A stretch of DNA of 64,000 nt from a bacterium (GTDB lineage: Bacteria; Bacillota; Clostridia; Oscillospirales; CAG-272): NCBI GenBank assembly GCA_963628435.1, contig CAVGEY010000008.1:12614-76613 (forward strand). Direction: 5' to 3'. The notes below the pieces were generated by a model. The model did no database searches and was not told the DNA's origin. It saw only the letters and a list, made by a program, of their open reading frames with translations. A program made the translations under genes and the position numbers. Positions 57,478-64,000 of the stretch are shown here, in pieces (within the stretch, counting starts at the first letter, position 1; every line of letters begins with the position of its first letter).

Positions 57478-58299
57478 TTATGCCATTTTTTCGGAAAGTT
57501 TTTCTCCGCCGAGTATATGAAAATGAAGATGTTTGACACTTTGGCAGGCATCTTCTCCGCAGTTTGAAATTACACGATAACCGTTTGTTATTCCGGCCTT
57601 CTCTGCTATATGCGGTATCTTTTCGAAGATTTTCGCAATCACATACGAATTATCCTCGTTTATACCGTCAACGCTTTCGATATGTCTTTTCGGTATGACA
57701 ACCACATGAACGGCAGCTTGCGGGTTAATATCCTTAAATGCAAGCATATATCCGTCCTCGTATACCTTTGTCGACGGAATGCTGCCTGAAATAATTTTGC
57801 AGAAAATGCAGTCGGGTATTTCATCCGGAACAAGGTACATCTCTTCAATAACAACTTTTTCAAGCGGACGGTCGTTATAATCGGTTCTGCAGTCCGCTAT
57901 CTTATCCACAACATCCATACCTTCGACAACCTTACCGAATGCCGCATACTGTCCGTCGAGATAAGAGCAGTCTTCCTGGCAGATAAAGAACTGAGAAGAG
58001 GCGCTGTTGAAATTTTGAGAGCGCGCCATCGATATCGTTCCGCGCTTATGTTTGAGCATATTATTCACGCCGTTGGCACTGAATTCGCCTTTAATCTTTT
58101 TCTGATCCGGTGATCCCATGCCCGTGCCTGTCGGATCCCCGCCCTGTATCATAAATCCCTTAATTACACGGTGAAAAATCAGATTGTTAAAAAAGCCGTC
58201 CCTAACCAAAGATTCGAAATTGGCAACCGTTTCCGGCGCATCTGACGGACTGAGTTCGATTTTAACCGTTCCGTAATTTTTAACATTCATTACTATCAT
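57478..58299 (-). CDS. Cyclophilin-type peptidyl-prolyl isomerase fused to a HIT (histidine triad) domain
   Basis: N-half VANFESLVRDGFFNNLIFHRVIKGFMIQGGDPTGTGMG...ISMARSQNFNSASSQFFI. C-half CIFCKIISGSIPSTKVYEDGYMLAFKDINPQAAVHVVVIPKRH...HLHFHILGG. There is no stop between the halves. The track starts at GTG 58308. ATG 58299 follows an AGGGGG SD. Confidence 0.85.
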   Translation of the reverse strand: MIVMNVKNYGTVKIELSPSDAPETVANFESLVRDGFFNNLIFHRVIKGFMIQGGDPTGTGMGSPDQKKIKGEFSANGVNNMLKHKRGTISMARSQNFNSASSQFFICQEDCSYLDGQYAAFGKVVEGMDVVDKIADCRTDYNDRPLEKVVIEEMYLVPDEIPDCIFCKIISGSIPSTKVYEDGYMLAFKDINPQAAVHVVVIPKRHIESVDGINEDNSYVIAKIFEKIPHIAEKAGITNGYRVISNCGEDACQSVKHLHFHILGGEKLSEKMA

Positions 58300-58314
58300 A
58301 TCGGACACCCCCTG

Positions 58315-59007
58315 TTATGCGAAAAATTTGTTTTTATCCTGAGACATACAGTATATCAAATCGTGCGAAATATCGCCGATCGATGAAATCGACAATACCG
58401 ATGCAATTTTAACCGATTTGATAACAACATCGGTAAGCGGTCTATTGCTGCTGTTAACGCCGACGGCGGCAATTTTATCCACGACATCCATTCCGTCGGT
58501 AACACAGCCGAAAGCCGCGTACTGTCCGTCAAGATAGGTGCAATCCGCCTGACAAATAAAGAACTGAGAAGACGCGCTGTTATAATTTTGGGAACGTGCC
58601 ATTGATATTGTTCCGCGGACATGACTTATACGGTTCTTCACACCGTTTTCGCTGAATTCGCCTTTTATTGTTTCCTGATCGGATGAGCCGTAGCCTGTAC
58701 CCGTCGGATCGCCGCCCTGTATCATAAAGTCGTTTATAACGCGGTGAAAAATCAGACCGTTGTAAAATCCGCTGTTCGCGAGTTTGACAAAGTTGGCAAC
58801 CGTTATGGGAGCCTCATCGGCATACAGCTCCAGTGATATTTCGCCGTAGCCTTCAATTTCAATTATGGCATAGGTTTTATCTCCGAAATCATTCGAATAC
58901 GGACTCATAAAATTGTCATCCGATGTTTCGGACTCATTTGTGCATCCGGAAAAAATGCCGACAATCGCAATAACCGAAATCAAAAGGAATATTGCTGTTT
59001 TTTTCAT
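58315..59007 (-). CDS. Cyclophilin-type peptidyl-prolyl isomerase, lipoprotein
   Basis: 230 aa. Lipobox IFSGC. VANFVKLANSGFYNGLIFHRVINDFMIQGGDPTGTGYG. A roughly 30-aa C-terminal tail has no recognisable similarity. Confidence 0.9.
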   Translation of the reverse strand: MKKTAIFLLISVIAIVGIFSGCTNESETSDDNFMSPYSNDFGDKTYAIIEIEGYGEISLELYADEAPITVANFVKLANSGFYNGLIFHRVINDFMIQGGDPTGTGYGSSDQETIKGEFSENGVKNRISHVRGTISMARSQNYNSASSQFFICQADCTYLDGQYAAFGCVTDGMDVVDKIAAVGVNSSNRPLTDVVIKSVKIASVLSISSIGDISHDLIYCMSQDKNKFFA

Positions 59008-59011
59008 ATAT

Positions 59012-59689
59012 TTATTCCTCGGATGTAAATACGTAATTCTGAATCATTATATTCAGATTTCCGTTCAATGCGCGCAGGCTGTCGAGAAATTCTTTTTGAT
59101 TGACATTTTTCTTAGGTGTTATAACAAATGAAAGTTCGAACATTGTTCCGAAATTACTCGATTTTACCTTAACGTTTTTCCAATCGGAAAGATATTTTGA
59201 AAAAACCTCATCGAATACACCGACGTAATTGAGACTTTCGGGAATTGTTATCTTAAGCATAAAACGTTCGGTACGCGGAACCGCAAAACCGATAAGGCTG
59301 AGTACGATTGAAATTAAGCATACTGCAGCCGAAAGGATGATTGCGGCAACCACAAAGCCCATACCTGCGGCAAGTCCGGCACCGAGAGCGGCAAAGACAA
59401 ATGTCAAATCCTTCGGATTGCTTTGTGTCGTTCTGAATCTGATGATTGCGAATGCGCCGCTGAGTGTAAGTGCAACCGCCCAGTTTTTATTCACAAGCAG
59501 AACTATAACTCCGATAATGACGGGAAGAATCGCAAGCGATACGGCAAGACCATTGGAATAGCCGTCTTTTCTGTTTACAAACATATACACAAGTGCAAGC
59601 ATAACGCCGCAAAGCAGCGATACGCCCATTATGGCAAGAAGGATAAGCACCGTGAACTGTCCCGTGATGATACTTTCGATATTAAACAT
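59012..59689 (-). CDS. DUF4956 membrane protein
   Basis: 225 aa with four or five TM helices. AFAIIRFRTTQSNPKDLTFVFAALGAGLAAG matches my recollection of the DUF4956 core. Soluble C-terminal domain. Follows the VTC-domain gene after 3 nt. Confidence 0.65.
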   Translation of the reverse strand: MFNIESIITGQFTVLILLAIMGVSLLCGVMLALVYMFVNRKDGYSNGLAVSLAILPVIIGVIVLLVNKNWAVALTLSGAFAIIRFRTTQSNPKDLTFVFAALGAGLAAGMGFVVAAIILSAAVCLISIVLSLIGFAVPRTERFMLKITIPESLNYVGVFDEVFSKYLSDWKNVKVKSSNFGTMFELSFVITPKKNVNQKEFLDSLRALNGNLNIMIQNYVFTSEE

Positions 59690-59692
59690 TTT

Positions 59693-60448
59693 TTATTCCT
59701 CCGATTCAATATGATCAATGGCTTTTTTGCCTTTTATCCGATATTCGTATTCTTTTCCGTATTTTGAAAAACTGCTGTTGAAAATATTATTTTGCGACAG
59801 AAATCTCGCAAGCCAAAGCGGCATTGCATTCGGAATTTTGATTTCCATTAAAAGTTTGCCTTCGGGCAGAATTTCATCACCGTCGGTACCGTATTCGAAT
59901 GTTGGATTTTCCCGTCTCACCCTTATATTTCTGTCAAATGTAAGACGAAGTTCCTTATCTTCTTTTCCGAACATTGCCATACGGTCATACGCTATAAAGA
60001 CTGCGGGAGCAAGTCCGGGATAGCGTTTGAACATCTGCTCGATTTCATAGGCGACCTGAACATTCAGGTATGAGTTGTCGGCAAGTTTGGGAGCGTGTCC
60101 GGTTTCGGTAAATTCGAGCGCCTCCCCGTACCGCATCTCGACACGTCTTTTGGTAACTATTCCCTTATATTTCTGCTTAATTTCGAAAAACACCTTAGCA
60201 TCGTTATCTTTCGGCGGAAAATAAGAGCGAAGCCGCAATTTTTCTTTATACAAAGGCTGATCGGTGGATCTGCCTATGAGAATATTGTCGGGCGTATCAT
60301 AATACACATTAAGAAGGCCGTATACTTTCTCGTCGACACAGTATCTGTCAAAAGTCATATAATCGGTAAGAAAATCCATAAGCATTCTGTACTGATCATA
60401 GGTAACCAGAAACTTTTTTTCATACCTTTTGAAAACGGTAATCGCCAT
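59693..60448 (-). CDS. VTC-domain (polyphosphate-polymerase-like, triphosphate tunnel fold) protein
   Basis: MAITVFKRYEKKFLVTYDQYRMLMDFL...GLLNVYYDTPDNILIGRS...YKEKLRLRSY... The track ORF (to 60631) overlaps ttcA and its terminator. ATG 60448 follows a GGAGGA SD. Confidence 0.7.
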   Translation of the reverse strand: MAITVFKRYEKKFLVTYDQYRMLMDFLTDYMTFDRYCVDEKVYGLLNVYYDTPDNILIGRSTDQPLYKEKLRLRSYFPPKDNDAKVFFEIKQKYKGIVTKRRVEMRYGEALEFTETGHAPKLADNSYLNVQVAYEIEQMFKRYPGLAPAVFIAYDRMAMFGKEDKELRLTFDRNIRVRRENPTFEYGTDGDEILPEGKLLMEIKIPNAMPLWLARFLSQNNIFNSSFSKYGKEYEYRIKGKKAIDHIESEE

Positions 60449-60537
60449 AATTGCCCGTCCTCCCCTCTTACTGCAATTGTGTTTGATATTATAAAATGCC
60501 TTTATGAACTGCGTATGAATAATTAGCTTTTTATGAC

Positions 60538-60572
60538 AAAAAAACTGCAAAAATAACGGGATATTTTTGCAG
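60538..60572 (-). terminator. Rho-independent terminator of ttcA
   Basis: ctgcaaaaata / tatttttgcag stem (60545-60555 / 60562-60572), followed by a 7-U run on the minus strand (60544-60538). Confidence 0.75.
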
Positions 60573-60611
60573 TTTTTAATGCTTTTTAATTTTCTGTTCT
60601 CTTTATCGGAT

Positions 60612-61337
60612 TTATTCTTTATACCCGTCAAGCCCCGATTTTTCTATTGCCTTAAAAACCCTATGCTTTAGTCCGTCGTTTTCTCTGTCGAGTGTATTCA
60701 GAAAGTTCTTGTACTTTTCGCGATCGGTATGTTTATCCTCGGGGCACAGGCTTTTCGTTACGGGAAGCTCATTATGTCTTACAAAATACATAATATCGCT
60801 CTCGGACGTCATCACAAGCGGACGGATTACCGTAATGTCGCGGCGGTCAAGATAGGTAACGGGAGAAAAAGTTCCGAGACGTCCCTCGTTAAACAGATTC
60901 ATAATAAATGTGTCAAGCACATCGTCATAATGATGGCCGAGTGCAAGCTTATTACATCCCATTTCTTTTGCGCTCTGATGAAGGATTCCCCGCCTCATAC
61001 GCGAGCAGAGTGAGCAGGGATTGCTCTCTTTTCTTTCCTCGAAAATAATCTTCGCGAGTTCGGTTTTGACAATCCGAAACTCAATTCCGGCATCGGCAAA
61101 AAAATCGGTGATTTTCGAGTAATCCGTCCCGTCGAATCCCATATCAACCATAATCGCGCATATATCATATTTTTTCGGATAAAAACGACGCATTTCGGAC
61201 AATGCGCAGGCGAGTGTAATTGAGTCTTTTCCGCCGGATATTCCCACGGCGATTTTATCGCCTTCTTCTATCATCTGATATTTATCAACGGCGTGGCGTA
61301 CTTTTGAAAGAATCCGTCTTATTTTGATACATTCCAT
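60612..61337 (-). CDS. ttcA: TtcA-family tRNA 2-thiolation PP-loop ATPase
   Basis: 241 aa. PP-loop GISGGKDSITL and CSLCSRMRRG Cys motif. Confidence 0.85.
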   Translation of the reverse strand: MECIKIRRILSKVRHAVDKYQMIEEGDKIAVGISGGKDSITLACALSEMRRFYPKKYDICAIMVDMGFDGTDYSKITDFFADAGIEFRIVKTELAKIIFEERKESNPCSLCSRMRRGILHQSAKEMGCNKLALGHHYDDVLDTFIMNLFNEGRLGTFSPVTYLDRRDITVIRPLVMTSESDIMYFVRHNELPVTKSLCPEDKHTDREKYKNFLNTLDRENDGLKHRVFKAIEKSGLDGYKE

Positions 61338-61375
61338 ATAATGTCCCCGACAGTAACAAAGCCCGCAACGGCTTT

Positions 61376-62632
61376 TTATGCTTTTTCTTTTTGATATTCG
61401 AGAATCCGCTCTGCGGCTTTCATTATGCCGTAGCGGCCGCTTTCGTAGGTCAGCCCGCCCTGAAGAAAAATCGTATACGGAGGTCTTATCGGACCATCTG
61501 CCGAAAGTTCGATTGACGCGCCGCTTGTAAATGTTCCCGCAGCCATTATCACATTATCCGAATAACCGGGCATTGCCCACGGAAGAGGAGTTACGTGTGC
61601 GTCGACAGGACTTCCCTCCTGTATTCCTTTACAGAAGGCACACATAGCCGCCTCACTTCCGAGCGATATTGACTGAATTATATCATAACGCGGTTCATTA
61701 TAGTGAGGATTTACCGAATATCCGAGCTTTTCGAAAACATACGCCGCAAGCATTGCCGTTTTAACCGCCTGAGCGACCGTATGCGGAGCATAGAACAATC
61801 CTTTATATATATTCTTATTCTGCCCGATTGTGGCACCGACTTCAAGTCCCACGCCGACAGAGGTAAGCCGATAAGAGCAAAGTTCGACCGCCCTTGCGGT
61901 TCCCGCTATATAGCCTCCGCAATCGGCCATGCCGCCGCCCGGATTTTTGATAAGCGATCCCGCAATCAAATCGGCGCCGACTGCGGTCGGTTCAGCCGAT
62001 TCGGTAAATTCACCGTAGCAGTTATCCACCATCACATAAGCATTTGAGCGTTCTTTAACATATTTTACAACCTCGCCTATCTCGCCGACCGACAAGGTAG
62101 GTCTGTTAAGATATCCTTTCGATCTCTGAAGAAAGACGACCTTGACTTTATCCGACAACGCCTTGCCGATTTTATCAAAATCAATCTTCCCGTCATCGGT
62201 AAGATCTATCTGCTTATATTCAACGCCGAAATCGGCAAGCGAGCCGTTGCCGGGGGTGCCCGAAATTCCTATGACTTCTTCAAGCGTATCATACGGTTTT
62301 CCGGTAACCGACAGCAGAATATCTCCGGGGCGAAGAAGTCCGTAAAGCCCGATTGAAAGCGCCTGCGTTCCGTTGACAATCTGATGACGGACAAATGCCG
62401 CCTCCGCCGAAAAAACATCGGCATAAATTTTATCGAGTTTTTCTCTTCCGGTATCGTCATAGCCGTATCCCGTCGAACTGCCGAAATCCGCCTCGGCTAC
62501 CTTATGTTCCGCAAAAGAGGTCATTACTTTCGCGGTATTATCAAATGCAATGCGGTCGACTTCGGCAAATTCATCGGCGAGTTCGGTCTCCGCCTCTGTT
62601 ACAAGTTCTTTAATTTCATCCGTAAAATTCAT
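61376..62632 (-). CDS. YnbB / aluminium-resistance family PLP-dependent enzyme (Met gamma-lyase-like)
   Basis: 418 aa. ...GSSTGYGYDDTGREKLDKIYADVF... and the family hallmark GSLIKNPGGGMADCGGYIAG. Confidence 0.85.
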   Translation of the reverse strand: MNFTDEIKELVTEAETELADEFAEVDRIAFDNTAKVMTSFAEHKVAEADFGSSTGYGYDDTGREKLDKIYADVFSAEAAFVRHQIVNGTQALSIGLYGLLRPGDILLSVTGKPYDTLEEVIGISGTPGNGSLADFGVEYKQIDLTDDGKIDFDKIGKALSDKVKVVFLQRSKGYLNRPTLSVGEIGEVVKYVKERSNAYVMVDNCYGEFTESAEPTAVGADLIAGSLIKNPGGGMADCGGYIAGTARAVELCSYRLTSVGVGLEVGATIGQNKNIYKGLFYAPHTVAQAVKTAMLAAYVFEKLGYSVNPHYNEPRYDIIQSISLGSEAAMCAFCKGIQEGSPVDAHVTPLPWAMPGYSDNVIMAAGTFTSGASIELSADGPIRPPYTIFLQGGLTYESGRYGIMKAAERILEYQKEKA

Positions 62633-62652
62633 TGGTACAAACCTTTTCTTTT

Positions 62653-64000
62653 TTATTTCAGTTTATTAACTTCGGATTTGAAGAAGCGTCCGCGTTCTTC
62701 GAAGTTTTCAAATGCATCGAAGCTGGCCGATGCGGGTGACAGAAGCACAACATCGCCGGGAGTCGATATTTTTTGTGCAAGCCGCACTGCTTCGCCGTAA
62801 TCGTTGACATCATACAGTGCGGGATGTCCTTCACTGTAAAGCGGGCTTTCGCAGATTGCCGCTTTGATTTTAGGCGCGGTTGTGCCTGCCAGAATGACCG
62901 CCTTTGCTCTTTCACACATCGGTGTTCCGAGAACATCATACGGAATATGTTTATCATATCCGCCACAGAGAACAATCAGCTTTTCTTTATAGGAATTAAG
63001 TGCGGCGATTGTCCGCGTCGGACTTGAGTCTATTGAGCTGTTGTAATATCTTACTCCGTTAAGTTCACGCACAAACTCGTTACGGTGTTCAACACCCGGA
63101 AATGAAGTTGCAACTTCTTTAATTATTTTGGGAGTTACAACAGAGAGTGTTGCGGCAATCGCTGCCATATAGTTTTCGACATTATGTCTGCCGGGAATCA
63201 TTATATCCGAGCTTTCGATTATTCTGTTATTTTCAAAATAAATCGACCCGTCTTTCTCATAGACGAAATTCCGGCAGTTGTCGGGGATTCTCTTTGACGA
63301 GAAATACACACATCTGCCTTTCGCGAGTTTCGCCGCATCCCTTGTTATGTCATTTTCATAATTCAACACCGAAAGCGAAGTTTCGTTTTGATAGCGCAGA
63401 ATATTGAGCTTTGCGTCGATATACTCATTCATATCGGTATGCCAGTTAAGATGATTCGGCGTAATATTGGTAATCACGGCGACATCGGGAGATTTACGCA
63501 TTGTCTGAAGCTGGAAAGAGGAAAGCTCCACAACCGCAACATCATCGGCAGTCATCTGATCTACCAGCGGAAGCAGCGGTCTGCCGATATTTCCTCCGAG
63601 AAAGACCCTTTTCCCTGCCGCCTCGAGCAATTTCGATATAAGAGTTGTTGTTGTCGTTTTTCCGTCGCTGCCTGTGACGGCAATAATTTTGCAGGGGCAA
63701 AGTTCGAAAAATTCGGGCATTTCACCGGTAAGAACAGCACCGGATTTTACTGCATCGGCTATCGCGGGCAGATCCGGCCTTATTCCGGGTGCGCGGAAAA
63801 TCACATCCGCCTCGATTTTATCGAGATAGTGTTCGCCGAGCACAAGCCCGACACCTTTTTTCTCGAGCTCGTCGGCATACCCTCCGAGAGCGGCGCGTTC
63901 CTTCTTATCATAAACGCAAATTTTGGCGCCGAGTGCGAGAAGCATATCGGTTACCGGTTTATTGGTGATTCCGATTCCGAGTACAGCCACTCTTTTTCCT
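62653..64000 (-). CDS. murD: UDP-N-acetylmuramoylalanine--D-glutamate ligase (5' end beyond the window)
   Basis: VTGSDGKTTTTTL P-loop and the N-terminal Rossmann ..GKRVAVLGIGITNKP.. . The reading frame is open to position 64000, so the GTG at 63990 in the track is probably internal. Confidence 0.9.
   Translation of the reverse strand, partial: GKRVAVLGIGITNKPVTDMLLALGAKICVYDKKERAALGGYADELEKKGVGLVLGEHYLDKIEADVIFRAPGIRPDLPAIADAVKSGAVLTGEMPEFFELCPCKIIAVTGSDGKTTTTTLISKLLEAAGKRVFLGGNIGRPLLPLVDQMTADDVAVVELSSFQLQTMRKSPDVAVITNITPNHLNWHTDMNEYIDAKLNILRYQNETSLSVLNYENDITRDAAKLAKGRCVYFSSKRIPDNCRNFVYEKDGSIYFENNRIIESSDIMIPGRHNVENYMAAIAATLSVVTPKIIKEVATSFPGVEHRNEFVRELNGVRYYNSSIDSSPTRTIAALNSYKEKLIVLCGGYDKHIPYDVLGTPMCERAKAVILAGTTAPKIKAAICESPLYSEGHPALYDVNDYGEAVRLAQKISTPGDVVLLSPASASFDAFENFEERGRFFKSEVNKLK

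Noticed and set aside
57902-57910. A perfect DnaA-box 9-mer TTATCCACA. I also considered the divergent strand switch at 39.8-40.0 kb as a possible origin.
   Set aside because: The 9-mer is a single occurrence inside the cyclophilin coding sequence. The 39.8-40.0 kb spacer contains no DnaA boxes or AT-rich unwinding repeats beyond ordinary promoters. There is no evidence for oriC in this window.
1-64000. I scanned for CRISPR arrays, IS elements or transposases, integrases, phage genes, toxin-antitoxin pairs, restriction-modification genes and other defence genes.
   Set aside because: I found no direct-repeat arrays, terminal inverted repeats, or recombinase, nuclease or methylase motifs. The unusual content of this window is envelope, redox and chaperone related rather than mobile or defence related.

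Overview
This is a densely coding 64-kb chromosomal segment from a low-GC Gram-positive, Clostridia-like bacterium. The taxon call rests on GGAGG-type SDs, a PASTA-containing class B PBP, yybS-gdpP-rplI-dnaB synteny and scRNA-dnaX-ybaB-recR synteny. I support about 56 protein genes and one ncRNA (a long-form SRP RNA). I saw no tRNA, rRNA, CRISPR array, transposase or integrase.

Most of the window is housekeeping:
- a dcw cluster, mraZ-rsmH-ftsL-PBP-murE-murF-mraY-ftsW-murG-ftsQ-ftsZ, on the minus strand from 31.1 to 18.1 kb
- coaD-rsmD-uvrC and ptsH
- rimM-trmD
- yybS-gdpP-rplI-dnaB-tilS-ftsH on the plus strand from 40.0 to 48.6 kb
- SRP RNA-dnaX-ybaB-recR
- prfB, trmK-nif3, ttcA, a ynbB-like gene, and a displaced murD cut by the right edge

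Three regions look accessory or unexplained and are my main candidates:
1. 1.5-8.4 kb is a seven-gene operon. It encodes a heterodimeric ABC exporter, two copies of a module made of an N-terminally truncated trigger-factor-like chaperone plus a CGPC thioredoxin, a small lipoprotein, and a thioredoxin fused to a ferredoxin:thioredoxin-reductase-like Fe-S domain.
2. 8.4-13.5 kb encodes a 972-aa lipoprotein (beta-repeat modules, a glycine-zipper hydrophobic segment and a helical C-terminal half) followed by a clostripain-like C11 lipoprotein protease. A self-contained small ORF unit lies upstream.
3. 57.5-60.4 kb is an operon of a VTC-type (polyphosphate-polymerase-like) domain protein, a DUF4956 membrane protein, a cyclophilin lipoprotein and a cyclophilin::HIT fusion.

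All family assignments come from motif recognition by eye. No database search was run.
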